Assembly: GCF_038070005.1 (NCBI RefSeq)
Contig: NZ_JBBPCO010000001.1
Location: 54,631-86,630 of the forward strand
Source of the DNA: Thermithiobacillus plumbiphilus
Lineage (GTDB): Bacteria; Pseudomonadota; Gammaproteobacteria; Acidithiobacillales; Thermithiobacillaceae
Direction: 5' to 3'
Length of the DNA: 32,000 nucleotides
Of the stretch, positions 1 through 9,862 are shown in pieces; positions within the stretch are counted from its first letter, which is position 1; every line of letters starts with the position of its first letter. The position numbers and the translations under genes are program-made. The notes below the pieces were generated by a model. That model ran no database searches, was not told where the DNA came from, and was given only the letters and a program-made list of their open reading frames with translations.

Positions 1-671
1 TCGGTGGCATTGGCCGTCTGGAGGGTATTCCCGTGGTCTGGATCGGCCATCAGAAAGGCCGGGATACCAAGGAAAAGATTCGTCGCAATTTCGGCATGCC
101 GCGCCCGGAAGGCTATCGCAAGGCCCTGCGCCTGATGAAGCTCGCCGAGCGCTTCAAGTTGCCGGTACTGACCTTCATCGATACCCCCGGCGCCTATCCT
201 GGCATCGGTGCCGAGGAGAGGGGCCAGAGCGAAGCCATTGCCCGTAATCTGGCGGTCATGTCGGATCTCGCCACACCCATCATCTGCACCGTCATTGGCG
301 AGGGTGGTTCGGGCGGCGCTCTGGCCATTGGCGTCGGCGACCGCGTGCTGATGCTGCAGTACAGTACCTATTCGGTGATTTCCCCGGAGGGCTGCGCCTC
401 CATCCTCTGGAAATCCAGCGACAAGGCGGCCGATGCAGCCGAGGCCATGGGCATCACAGCCGACCGGCTGAAATCCCAGGGGCTCATCGACGAAATCATC
501 CCCGAGCCCCTGGGCGGGGCGCACCGGGACTGGAACGCCATGATGATCAGTATAAAGGCGACCCTGCTCAAGCAGGTCCAGGCGCTCAAGGGCCTGTCCA
601 CCGAGGATCTGCTCAATCAGCGTTACATGAAGATCATGGATTACGGCGTTTATGGCAAGGGGAAAGGCTGA
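1..671 (+). CDS. accA: acetyl-CoA carboxylase carboxyltransferase alpha subunit, C-terminal part (5' end lies outside the window)
   Basis: Frame 3 is open from the window edge. Translation [83 protein letters not shown]...[13 protein letters not shown] is the canonical AccA core. accA-tilS adjacency is common in proteobacteria. Confidence 0.95.
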   Translation, partial: GGIGRLEGIPVVWIGHQKGRDTKEKIRRNFGMPRPEGYRKALRLMKLAERFKLPVLTFIDTPGAYPGIGAEERGQSEAIARNLAVMSDLATPIICTVIGEGGSGGALAIGVGDRVLMLQYSTYSVISPEGCASILWKSSDKAADAAEAMGITADRLKSQGLIDEIIPEPLGGAHRDWNAMMISIKATLLKQVQALKGLSTEDLLNQRYMKIMDYGVYGKGKG

Positions 672-2025
672 CCTTTCCGATCCCTTTCTGCGCTGCCTGG
701 CCGCATCTTGTGAGCGGCTGGGCATTGATGCAGCCACTCCGATGCTGCTGGCCTTCAGCAGTGGGCTCGATTCCACCGCGCTGCTGGCTGGACTCCTTGA
801 GTTGTTTCCTGTAGCGCCCTTGCGGGTCACGCACGTTCATCACGGCCTGCAAGCCGAAGCAGACACCTGGGCCGGGCATTGCCGGCAAATCTGCCAGGGT
901 TGGCAGGTCGATTGCGACATCCTCCACGTATCCTGCCAAGCGCTGCCAGGTGAAAGTCAGGAAGCCTGTGCCCGTGATGCCCGCTACCAGGCCCTCGCTG
1001 ATCAAATGCGTCCTGGTGAATGGCTCCTGACCGCTCACCATCGTCAGGATCAGGCTGAAACCTTCCTATTGCAGTTGCTCCGGGGCGCGGGCATCGAAGG
1101 GCTGGCGGGAATGGCCGAAAAGCGGCCCTTTGCCGCGGGCTATCTGGCGCGTCCGCTGCTCGAATGCGATCGTGCCAGCATGCAGGGCTTTCTTGAAAAG
1201 CGCCGGATTCCCTGGATCGAGGATCCCTCCAATGCCTCGGCGGCATTCCGGCGCAATCGCATCCGCCATCAGCTCATTCCCTTTGTTCAGGATCTTGGCT
1301 GGCCCGAGGTCGCGCGGACCACGGCGCGCAGTGCCGCCAATCTGGCGGACGCCAAGGCTGTGGTGGAGGAAGTGGCTGCGGCGGACTGGGAGACTTGTGC
1401 AAGCATCCGTGGCGAGATCGATCGTACACGCTTGCGCACCCTGAGCCCTGCGCGTCAGCGCTATGCCCTGCGGCACGGTATCCGTGCCCAGGGCTTGGAT
1501 CTTCCGGGGCGCGAAACGTTGGAAACCCTGCGCCTGCGCCTGATTGGGGATGAGAGCGGCAAGACCCTGGAGTGGCAGGGTGGGGCGCTCTGGTTGCGTG
1601 GTGGAATGGCGCGTTTCATCACCCTGGATATCGCGCCAGTCGCCGAGCAGGTCTGGTGCCCGGCTGAGGGCCCCCCGCCGATTGCCGGCTGGCAGGCGGC
1701 GCTCGTGGCTGCCGATGCTGCGCCTCCCGCGGCTGTATACCATGATCTGGACGCGGGGTTTTATGAGCAGCAACTGCGCTTTTCACCGCGTAGAGGCGGG
1801 GAGATTTACCTGACGCCCCAGGGGCATCGGCGGCCCCTGAAGAAGGCCTTGCAAGAGGCGAGATTGGCGCCTGCCGAACGCCGGCACCTGGGCCTGCTTT
1901 TCGATGCCAAAGGGCGACTGTTGGCGGTGCCGGGTTTGTTTGTTTGCCAGCCGGGCTTGCCGGAGGCAGGGAGTGGGGTGGTGTTGCGGTTGTGGGAGGG
2001 GCGGGCGTTGCCCGCGGGTGCTTGA
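652..2025 (+). CDS. tilS: tRNA(Ile)-lysidine synthase
   Basis: 457-aa ORF with an N-terminal PP-loop motif ([13 protein letters not shown]). TilS-type C-terminal domain (...[38 protein letters not shown]). ATG 652 overlaps accA by 20 nt, so the exact start is uncertain. The stop codon TGA 2023-2025 lies inside the terminus of the repeat element. Confidence 0.9.
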   Translation: MARGKADLSDPFLRCLAASCERLGIDAATPMLLAFSSGLDSTALLAGLLELFPVAPLRVTHVHHGLQAEADTWAGHCRQICQGWQVDCDILHVSCQALPGESQEACARDARYQALADQMRPGEWLLTAHHRQDQAETFLLQLLRGAGIEGLAGMAEKRPFAAGYLARPLLECDRASMQGFLEKRRIPWIEDPSNASAAFRRNRIRHQLIPFVQDLGWPEVARTTARSAANLADAKAVVEEVAAADWETCASIRGEIDRTRLRTLSPARQRYALRHGIRAQGLDLPGRETLETLRLRLIGDESGKTLEWQGGALWLRGGMARFITLDIAPVAEQVWCPAEGPPPIAGWQAALVAADAAPPAAVYHDLDAGFYEQQLRFSPRRGGEIYLTPQGHRRPLKKALQEARLAPAERRHLGLLFDAKGRLLAVPGLFVCQPGLPEAGSGVVLRLWEGRALPAGA

Positions 2026-2178
2026 GGGTCGGGGGTTGCCCGACAGCAACTCCCTTTCTTTTGCTTGTCCAAAAGAAAGGGAGCAAAGAAAAAGACCCCC
2101 AGCACCGGCGGCCTGCGGCTACCCGGCTTGCTGGCTCGTGCGGGGCGGCTGCGGAACTCGCCTGCGGCTCAGACAGTC
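2022..2178 (+). repeat. Repeat copy A of an inverted pair. It has an outer hairpin GTCGGG-N5-CCCGAC, then a perfect 11-bp-stem palindrome CCCTTTCTTTT-N8-AAAAGAAAGGG (2052-2081). Its inner end is ...GGAACTCGCCTGCGGCTCAGACA.
   Basis: Hand alignment with the reverse complement of 2411-2573. The first ~75 nt (TTGAG-GTCGGGGG...CCCGACAGC...CTTTCTTTTG...CAAAAGAAAG...AAGAAAA) and the last ~25 nt (AACTCGC..CG.CTCAGACA) match well. The middle is diverged but similar in length. Confidence 0.8.
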
Positions 2179-2410
2179 CTCGCCGACCTCCCCCCGCCCG
2201 AGCGGCACGCGCCGGCGCCGGTGCAATGGGTTGAACCCCGTCCCAAGCTCGTATCTGAGTACAGGCAAGAATCAAATAAAGCCTGATTCTGTCTTTTGCT
2301 TTCTGCCTTTTCCTTTCTACCCGCCTCATCAGGGCTGATCCCTGTCTGCCGGAAAGGATCAGACCCCTTCTGCGCTGCCGTGCAACGCCGGGGCGCGGGG
2401 ATCAGCGCGC

Positions 2411-2573
2411 GCGTTGTCTGAGCGTAGCGAGTTTAGCGCGCGCCCCCAAGACCCAAGGCGCACAGGGCAGTCCGCGCCAGCGGACCAGCGCAGCGGGGCA
2501 GGTTTTCTTGGGTTACTTTCTTTTGCCCGCCCAAAAGAAAGTGACCAGCTGTCGGGCTGCCCCCGACACTCAA
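2411..2573 (-). repeat. Repeat copy B, inverted relative to copy A. It has a hairpin GTCGGG-N5-CCCGAC (2551-2567) and a 10-bp-stem palindrome ACTTTCTTTT-N8-AAAAGAAAGT (2515-2542).
   Basis: The reverse complement reads TTGAGTGTCGGGGGCAGCCCGACAGCTGGTCACTTTCTTTTGGGCGGGCAAAAGAAAGTAACCCAAGAAAACC...CTAAACTCGCTACGCTCAGACAACGC, colinear with copy A. Confidence 0.8.
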
Positions 2574-2598
2574 CCAGCCGCGGCGCAGCCGCTCAACC

Positions 2599-3144
2599 TC
2601 AATTCTCCAGAATCCCCGTCGGCAAGCCATCGATGCTGAGTTGATTCTTCTCCCGCCAGTAATCCCGGATGCCCTGCTCTCCCTTCTTCTCCGCCCAGCG
2701 CGGCAGGGTCTCGCGCTCGCCCTGATATTCAAACAAAGGCACGCCATAACCGCAGGAGGTCTGCACCGTCTCGATGTGCAGCACGATGATCTGCCGCTCC
2801 GCCGGCAGGTCTTCAAAGTGCCGGCGCCAGTCGGGCCAGGCGGCATCGCGCGGATGGACCACTTCGCCCTGACCATAAAGCCGCAGGATCAACGGGTTGC
2901 CCACGAAGCTGCAGAACATGATGGTCAGGCGGCCATTGTCGCGGATGTGCGCGGCGGTCTCGTTACCGCTGCCGGTCAGGTCGAGATAGGCCACGGTCTG
3001 GGCATCCAGCACGCGCAGGCTGTCCATGCCCTTGGGGGAGACATTCACCCGGCCTTCACATGCCGCGCTGGCGGTAAAGAACAGATGCTGGTCCTGGATG
3101 AAGGCCAGATGGGAATCGTTGAGCTCGGAATAAATGCGGGCCAT
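2599..3144 (-). CDS. pyridoxamine 5'-phosphate oxidase-family (FMN-binding split-barrel) protein
   Basis: 181-aa ORF: MARIYSELNDSHLAFIQDQHLFFTASA...GRVNVSPKGMDSLRVLD...LDLTGSGNETAAHIRDNGRLTIMFCSF. This is typical of the PNPOx-like family of unknown specific function. It is convergent with tilS and divergent from the Mn-catalase gene. Confidence 0.8.
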   Translation of the reverse strand: MARIYSELNDSHLAFIQDQHLFFTASAACEGRVNVSPKGMDSLRVLDAQTVAYLDLTGSGNETAAHIRDNGRLTIMFCSFVGNPLILRLYGQGEVVHPRDAAWPDWRRHFEDLPAERQIIVLHIETVQTSCGYGVPLFEYQGERETLPRWAEKKGEQGIRDYWREKNQLSIDGLPTGILEN

Positions 3145-3289
3145 GGGGTCTCATGTTGTGGCAAGAAGGATGCTGGCCTTGCTGTCAGGCACCAAGGTCG
3201 GATAAACAATGGCGCAGCTGACGGAACACCAGCCGACGGGTGGGCTCCAAACCGTTACCTGTCACACGTATCGTCAACAGGAGGCGTTC

Positions 3290-4198
3290 ATGTTCTGTCA
3301 TCAGAAGAAGTTAATGTACACCATGCGTATTCAGGAACCCAATCCGGCCCTGGCGAGTATCATGCTGGAACAGTTCGGTGGACCGCAAGGCGAACTGGCC
3401 GCGGCCATGCGCTATTTCAGCCAGTATCTGGCCTGCGATGACCCTGGCCGCAAGGACATGCTGATCGATATTGCTACCGAGGAACTGAGCCATCTGGAAA
3501 TGATCGGCACCATCGTGAGCATGCTTGGCAAGGGCGCCAAGGGCAAGCTGGCCGAAGGCGTGGGCGAAGCGGAGGTCATGCGCGATGTGTTCCGCGGCGG
3601 TGAAAGTCATACCCTGTCCATTCTCGGCGGCGCCGGTCCCTTGTTCATGACCTCAGGCGGCGCGCCTTTCAATGGCTTCATGGTCGATAGCATCGGCGAG
3701 CCCACGGCTGATCTGCGTTCGGACATTGCCGCCGAGGCGCGCGCCAAGATCATTTATGAACGCCTCATCAACACGACAGACGATCCGGATCTGAAGCAGG
3801 CCCTGACCTTCCTGATGACGCGCGAAATTGCTCATCAGAAGATGTTCGAGAACGCACTCTATGCCATCGAGGGCAACTTCCCACCCGGCAAGCTGCCTGG
3901 CGACCTGGAGTACACGGACAAGTACTTCAACATGTCCATGGGTGAAGGTGACATGCGCGGTCCCTGGAATGAGGGCGAGCAGTGGGAGTATGTCGAGCAG
4001 CCGCAGCCACCCGTCAATGGCGGGGACGGTATGGCCACCATCAATCTTTCGGAGCAGGAGAAAGAGGCGGTGGAAGCCATGACCATGCGGACCAAGAGTC
4101 GAACGGATGCCAGCCCCGAGACCGGATCGAATCTAGGCAACGTGCCTGCCAAGGGCGGATCCACCAAGAGCCACATGAACCCAAAACGTACGCATTGA
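3290..4198 (+). CDS. manganese (non-heme, dimanganese) catalase family protein
   Basis: MFCHQKKLMYTMRIQEPNPALASIMLEQFGGPQGELAAAMRYFSQ...ATEELSHLEMIGTIV...MTREIAHQKMF matches the Mn-catalase four-helix-bundle metal-ligand pattern. ATG 3290 is chosen over ATG 3209 for two reasons: a CAGGAGG Shine-Dalgarno sits 6 nt upstream, and Mn catalases begin MF.H.K.L.Y. Confidence 0.9.
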   Translation: MFCHQKKLMYTMRIQEPNPALASIMLEQFGGPQGELAAAMRYFSQYLACDDPGRKDMLIDIATEELSHLEMIGTIVSMLGKGAKGKLAEGVGEAEVMRDVFRGGESHTLSILGGAGPLFMTSGGAPFNGFMVDSIGEPTADLRSDIAAEARAKIIYERLINTTDDPDLKQALTFLMTREIAHQKMFENALYAIEGNFPPGKLPGDLEYTDKYFNMSMGEGDMRGPWNEGEQWEYVEQPQPPVNGGDGMATINLSEQEKEAVEAMTMRTKSRTDASPETGSNLGNVPAKGGSTKSHMNPKRTH

Positions 4199-4220
4199 CA
4201 AGCCTCAGCGCGACCGAGCT

Positions 4221-4251
4221 GCCGGAATCCACATGGGTTCCGGCCTTTTTT
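4221..4251 (+). terminator. intrinsic-terminator-like hairpin: GCCGGAA-(10-nt loop)-TTCCGGC followed by CTTTTTT
   Basis: Read directly: stem 4221-4227 / 4238-4244, T-tract 4245-4251. It lies 22 nt after the catalase stop and 27 nt before the mntH ATG. Confidence 0.6.
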
Positions 4252-4278
4252 CGGCAACACACCCATGACAGGTGAAGC

Positions 4279-5721
4279 ATGGCACTGAGTGGCTCGACGG
4301 TACAGACGCCCCTGTCCCTGGATCAGGTGCATCGCAGCGTGGATGTGCATCTCCAGCCCTCGCGCTGGCGGCGCTTCATGGCCTACAGTGGGCCGGCCTT
4401 GTTGATCTCGATCGGATACATGGATCCCGGCAACTGGGCCACCGATCTGGAAGGTGGCGCGAAATTCGGCTATCAGCTGCTCTGGGTGTTGGTGATGGCG
4501 AACTGGATGGCCATCCTGCTGCAGAGCCTGTCGGCGCGCCTGGGCATCGTGACCGGACAGGATCTGGCCCAGGCCTGTCGCGAGGGCTTTCCGAGGCCGG
4601 TGGCGCTCGGGCTCTGGGCGCTGGCGGAAATCGCCATCATTGCCATGGATCTGGCGGAGGTGCTGGGCACGGCGATTGCGCTGAACCTGCTGTTCAAGAT
4701 TCCGCTGCTCTGGGGGGTACTGATCACCGGCCTGGATGTCCTGCTTTTCCTGGCTTTGCAACGATATGGCATCCGCCGGCTCGAGGCCTTCATCCTGACA
4801 CTCGTGGCGACCATCTGGGCCTGCTTTCTGATCGAGCTGTTTCTGATCCGCCCGGACTGGGGCAATGTGGCGACCGGCCTGATCCCGCGCATCGACGCTT
4901 CCAGCCTCTACGTCGCCATTGCCATTCTCGGTGCCACCGTGATGCCGCACAATCTCTACCTGCATTCTTCCCTGGTGCAGACACGCCGGCTGGGTGACAC
5001 ACCGCAGGCCAAGCGTCAGGCGATCCGCTACAATCTGCTGGATACCACGATCTCGCTCAACCTGGCCCTGCTGGTGAACGCATCCATCCTGATCGTCGCC
5101 GCCGCGGTGTTTTTCACCCGGGGAATCGAGGTCACGGAAATCGCTCAGGCCCAGCAACTGCTGGCGCCCTTGCTGGGTACGACGCTTGCTTCCATTGCCT
5201 TTGGTCTGGCCCTGCTGTGCGCGGGGCAGAGTTCGACCATTACCGGCACCCTGGCCGGCCAGATCGTGATGGAGGGCATGCTGCGGGTGCGTCTGTCACC
5301 GGTACTGCGCCGGCTGATGACCCGGGGACTTGCGATCCTGCCGGCGGTTGCTGTCATCTGGACCTTTGGCGAGCAGGCCAGCCTGCAACTGCTGATCCTC
5401 AGTCAGGTGATCCTCAGCCTGCAGTTGCCTTTCGCCATCGTGCCGCTGATCCGTTTCACCAGCGATCCGCAGCGCATGGGACAGTTCGTCAGTGGCCCAT
5501 GGCTCAAGAGCGCAGCCTGGGCGGTGGCACTCGTCGTGACCGGGCTGAACCTCTGGTTGGTGCTGCGCACGGCAGGAGAATGGACGCTGAGGCTTGGCGC
5601 GGACTGGATCTGGTGGGCAATGCTGGCACCGGCGAGCATGGCCGTCCTGCTCCTGGGTTGGATCAGTTTCATGCCATTGGGTCAGATGGTGCAGGCGCGT
5701 CTGCGCCTGAAAGGCAGCTGA
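4279..5721 (+). CDS. mntH: Nramp-family divalent metal (Mn2+/Fe2+):proton symporter
   Basis: 480-aa polytopic ORF with the signature GYMDPGNWATDLEGGAKFGYQLLWVL (DPGN motif) and ATVMPHNLYLHSSLV. SD-like AGGTGA lies upstream of ATG 4279. Confidence 0.92.
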   Translation: MALSGSTVQTPLSLDQVHRSVDVHLQPSRWRRFMAYSGPALLISIGYMDPGNWATDLEGGAKFGYQLLWVLVMANWMAILLQSLSARLGIVTGQDLAQACREGFPRPVALGLWALAEIAIIAMDLAEVLGTAIALNLLFKIPLLWGVLITGLDVLLFLALQRYGIRRLEAFILTLVATIWACFLIELFLIRPDWGNVATGLIPRIDASSLYVAIAILGATVMPHNLYLHSSLVQTRRLGDTPQAKRQAIRYNLLDTTISLNLALLVNASILIVAAAVFFTRGIEVTEIAQAQQLLAPLLGTTLASIAFGLALLCAGQSSTITGTLAGQIVMEGMLRVRLSPVLRRLMTRGLAILPAVAVIWTFGEQASLQLLILSQVILSLQLPFAIVPLIRFTSDPQRMGQFVSGPWLKSAAWAVALVVTGLNLWLVLRTAGEWTLRLGADWIWWAMLAPASMAVLLLGWISFMPLGQMVQARLRLKGS

Positions 5722-6333
5722 TCATTTCGGACGCCCGAGCAGCACCACCACCGCTCCGCCGCCGCCCTCCATGGGCCTGGCCTGGGCGAAGGCGAGGATC
5801 TCCTCGCGCTGCATGAGCCAGCCGCGAACCTTGCCCTTGAGCACGGGTTCCCGGTTGGGAGAGCTCAGGCCCTTGCCGTGAATGATGCGCACGCAACGCA
5901 GGTCGCGCTGCAGGGCCTGGGCGAGAAAAATGCCGATGGCCTCCTTGGCCTCGGGCACGGTCAAACCATGCAGATCCAGGCTTGCCTGCAGGGCGAAGTG
6001 CCCGCGCCGCAGCTTGCGCAACAGCGACTGCTGCAGGCCCGGACGCAGATAGAGCAGTTCCTCGCCGGTTTCCAGTTCATCGAAATCATAGGCGTGGGTC
6101 AGCAGGCTGAACAGCACGTCCTGTTCGTCCTGCATGCTCTGGCGGGGAATGGGGGCGGGGAGTTCCTTTTGTACCGGCGCCGTTTCAGGGACCTCGAGCG
6201 GACGCACATCCTTCATGGCCTCGCGAAACTCGGCCCGCTCGTCGGGCCGCAGCGACTCGGCCCGTCTAGCCTGGCGCCGGTCCTTTCCAGGGTGGCGGGT
6301 ATTGGGCTTGTCGCCGGATACCCGCCGATTCAT
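5722..6333 (-). CDS. Smr (MutS2-related small endonuclease) domain protein, SmrA/YdaL-like
   Basis: The C-terminal Smr domain reads LDLHGLTVPEAKEAIGIFLAQALQRDLRCVRIIHGKGLSS...LKGKVRGWL. The gene lies 2 nt downstream of trxB on the same strand, so co-transcription is likely. Confidence 0.85.
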   Translation of the reverse strand: MNRRVSGDKPNTRHPGKDRRQARRAESLRPDERAEFREAMKDVRPLEVPETAPVQKELPAPIPRQSMQDEQDVLFSLLTHAYDFDELETGEELLYLRPGLQQSLLRKLRRGHFALQASLDLHGLTVPEAKEAIGIFLAQALQRDLRCVRIIHGKGLSSPNREPVLKGKVRGWLMQREEILAFAQARPMEGGGGAVVVLLGRPK

Positions 6334-6335
6334 GT

Positions 6336-7295
<960 letters not shown>

Positions 7296-7463
7296 TTATG
7301 CTATCTCTTTACGGGTACTATACTACGATTCCATACAGGATCGACAGGCGGCAATCTGCCGTTGACCCATCCAGCATCCCTGGCGTAGTTTGTCCCTTTG
7401 CTGCCGCAGGGCGGCCGGTATGACTCGCCCCAAGTCAATGAAAAAGATGACCCTGGCTCTCCA

Positions 7464-9854
7464 ATGAAAAAATCTGTAGTTGCTTCAAATTCCCGCCCGG
7501 CTTCAGGGGCAGCGGCAAGGTCTTCGGGCCGGAAAGGCTTCGCCCGCGAACCGCTGGTCTTTCTGCTGGCGGCCCTGTCTGTGTACATGTCGCTGGCCTT
7601 GCTGAGCTATCACCACGATGATCCCTCCTGGTCGCATAGCGGTCCGGGTACGGTACAGAACCTGGGCGGCGTGGTGGGTGCCCACTTTGCCGACATCGGC
7701 ATGCAGCTGTTTGGCCTGTTTGCCTACATGCTGCCGCTGGGGGTCGCACTGGGCGCGATCATGTTCTATCGGGAAGGCACCAATGCGGGCTATGAGGCCC
7801 ACTTCGCAAGACGCATGCTGGGATTCGTTTTCATCGCATCCGCAGGCGGCGCGCTGCTGCATTATTTCTGGCCGGTGGACTGGTGGATGTTGCCCGCCAC
7901 CGGTGCCGGCGGGCTCTGGGGTAGCCTGCTGGGAGATGTATCAGCGCGTTATCTGCATCAGATCGGTGCCAGCGTATTCTTTCTCGCCCTGCTGATCGCT
8001 GGGATTTCCCTGGCACTGAATCGATCCCTGCCACAACTGCTTGAGCATGCGCGTCAAACTCTGGCCGCCCGCCCGCGTGTGCCGCGTGATACCTCCCCCA
8101 GTCCCTTGGCGCGCTTCAAGGCTGTCCCCCCGCTTGGTCGTTTGCGGGGCCTGTTTTCCGGCCTGAAGCTGCCCTCGCGTGAAAAAGCCGAGGAACCTTT
8201 CGTAAAGACCGCCGCCGCGCCGCGTGCGCCCAGGCCAGAGCCCGCCATGCTGGCATCCGCGCCCTTCGAGGAGCATCTGGAGGCGGAGATCATCCCGGCT
8301 GCCGTTGCCGCGCCACCCACCGTAAGACCGGCTCCGCCGCCCAGGTCCCATGCGGCTCCAAGGCAGGAGACCTTCTCCGAACTGGGTCTGCCCTCGCTGG
8401 CCATGCTCGATGAGGCCGAGGGGCCAGGCGAGATGGAGTCAGACGCCGTGCTGGCGCAGCGCTCTCGTTTCCTTGAAGAAAAGCTGGCGGATTTCGGTGT
8501 TTCCGTGCGCGTGGTCGCCGTGCATCCGGGACCGGTCATTACCCGCTTTGAAATCGAGCCCGGCCCGGGCGTCAAGGTCAGCCAGGTCTCGAATCTGTCC
8601 AAGGATCTGGCGCGTTCCCTGTCGGCAATCAGCGTGCGCGTGGTCGAGACCATTCCCGGCAAGTCCGTCATGGGCATCGAGATCCCGAATGCCAAGCGCA
8701 GCATCGTGCGCCTGCGCGAGGTCTTCGACAGCGCCGCCTTCGATCGCTCGGAAAGCATGGTCACGCTCGCCCTTGGCAAGGACATCAACGGCATCCCGGT
8801 GGCGGCGGATCTGGCACGCATGCCGCATCTGCTGGTGGCCGGTACCACGGGTTCGGGCAAGTCGGTGGCGGTCAACGCCATGATCCTGAGCATCCTCTAC
8901 AAGGCTCGTGCCGATCAGGTGCGCATGATCATGGTGGACCCGAAGATGCTGGAACTCTCGGTGTATGAGGGCATCCCGCATCTGCTCGCACCCGTGGTGA
9001 CCGACATGAAGGAAGCCGCCAATGCCCTGCGCTGGTCGGTGGCGGAAATGGAGCGGCGCTACAAGCTGATGGCCAGTGTCGGAGTGCGCAACCTGGCCGG
9101 CTTCAACAGGAAGGTCAATGAGGCCATTGCCGCCGGCGAGCCGCTGTATGATTCAACCACTGCCATCGGCGTCGAGTCCGCCCCACCACTGGAACCGCTG
9201 CCTGTCATCGTGGTGCTGATCGATGAACTGGCTGACTTGATGATGGTGGTCGGCAAACAGGTGGAGGACCTCATCACCCGCCTGGCGCAGAAGGCCCGCG
9301 CCGCCGGCATTCACCTGATCATGGCCACCCAGCGGCCCTCGGTGGACGTGATCACGGGCCTGATCAAGGCCAACGTGCCGACCCGTGTTGCCTTCCAGGT
9401 GTCATCCAAAATCGACTCCCGCACGATATTGGATCAGGGCGGCGCGGAACAGTTGCTGGGGCATGGCGACATGCTCTACCTGCCGCCTGGCACCGGGCAT
9501 CCCGTGCGCGTGCACGGCGCCTTTGTGAGTGATGAGGAAATCCACCGGGTGGTGGGCTTTTTGCGCAGCCAGGGTCAGCCGGAATACATCGAGAGCATTC
9601 TCAAGTCGTCGGACGACGAGGGCTCGAGCGAGGATGGCGATGAGGGCGGCGAGCAGGATCCGCTGTATGATTCCGCCGTCGCCATCGTCACCCAGTCCGG
9701 CAAGGCCAGCACCTCGATGGTGCAGCGCAAGCTGCGCGTCGGTTACAACCGCGCGGCACGCATGGTCGAGGAAATGGAGCGTGCCGGCATCGTCGGCCCC
9801 TTGCAGAGCAATGGCAGTCGCGAGGTCTATGCGCCGCCACCCCCAATTGATTGA
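7464..9854 (+). CDS. ftsK: DNA translocase FtsK
   Basis: N-terminal membrane segments, a Pro/Ala-rich linker, and a motor domain with Walker A ([10 protein letters not shown]). The C-terminal winged-helix gamma domain reads [31 protein letters not shown]. The start is ambiguous: ATG 7464 (MKKSVVAS...) is preferred and in-frame ATG 7398 is possible. Neither has a strong SD. Confidence 0.95.
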   Translation: MKKSVVASNSRPASGAAARSSGRKGFAREPLVFLLAALSVYMSLALLSYHHDDPSWSHSGPGTVQNLGGVVGAHFADIGMQLFGLFAYMLPLGVALGAIMFYREGTNAGYEAHFARRMLGFVFIASAGGALLHYFWPVDWWMLPATGAGGLWGSLLGDVSARYLHQIGASVFFLALLIAGISLALNRSLPQLLEHARQTLAARPRVPRDTSPSPLARFKAVPPLGRLRGLFSGLKLPSREKAEEPFVKTAAAPRAPRPEPAMLASAPFEEHLEAEIIPAAVAAPPTVRPAPPPRSHAAPRQETFSELGLPSLAMLDEAEGPGEMESDAVLAQRSRFLEEKLADFGVSVRVVAVHPGPVITRFEIEPGPGVKVSQVSNLSKDLARSLSAISVRVVETIPGKSVMGIEIPNAKRSIVRLREVFDSAAFDRSESMVTLALGKDINGIPVAADLARMPHLLVAGTTGSGKSVAVNAMILSILYKARADQVRMIMVDPKMLELSVYEGIPHLLAPVVTDMKEAANALRWSVAEMERRYKLMASVGVRNLAGFNRKVNEAIAAGEPLYDSTTAIGVESAPPLEPLPVIVVLIDELADLMMVVGKQVEDLITRLAQKARAAGIHLIMATQRPSVDVITGLIKANVPTRVAFQVSSKIDSRTILDQGGAEQLLGHGDMLYLPPGTGHPVRVHGAFVSDEEIHRVVGFLRSQGQPEYIESILKSSDDEGSSEDGDEGGEQDPLYDSAVAIVTQSGKASTSMVQRKLRVGYNRAARMVEEMERAGIVGPLQSNGSREVYAPPPPID

Positions 9855-9862
9855 GGTATCGT

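Noticed and set aside
2341-2365. SRP (4.5S) RNA-like CCGGAAAGG motif
   Set aside because: There is only a short resemblance to the GGAAGG-containing SRP domain IV. The flanking conserved helix and symmetric loop sequences are absent.
1904-2644. ORFs of 73-144 aa inside the repeat element (1904..2338, 1944..2234, 2065..2286, 2414..2644)
   Set aside because: They are translations of the two inverted repeat arms and read through perfect palindromes. They have no SD and an extreme K/R/P/G composition, so the repeat itself explains them better.
3209-3289. Upstream extensions offered by the ORF track: Mn catalase from 3209, ftsK from 7398, DUF190 from 13096, serS from 13796, cysM from 19610, exonuclease from 23266
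   Set aside because: Downstream starts fit the family N-termini ([42 protein letters not shown]). They have better SD sequences or avoid long overlaps with the preceding gene. 7398 and 19610 remain possible alternatives.
4199-4278. Mn-sensing yybP-ykoY riboswitch upstream of mntH
   Set aside because: The gap is only 80 nt and is largely taken by one simple hairpin with a T-tract. That is too short and lacks the four-way-junction architecture of that riboswitch.
3859-5157. 432-aa ORF antisense to mntH and the catalase 3' end
   Set aside because: It lies opposite a gene with unmistakable Nramp motifs. The translation is Arg/Gly/Pro/His-rich low-complexity sequence with no recognisable domain, a typical GC-rich antisense-frame artefact.
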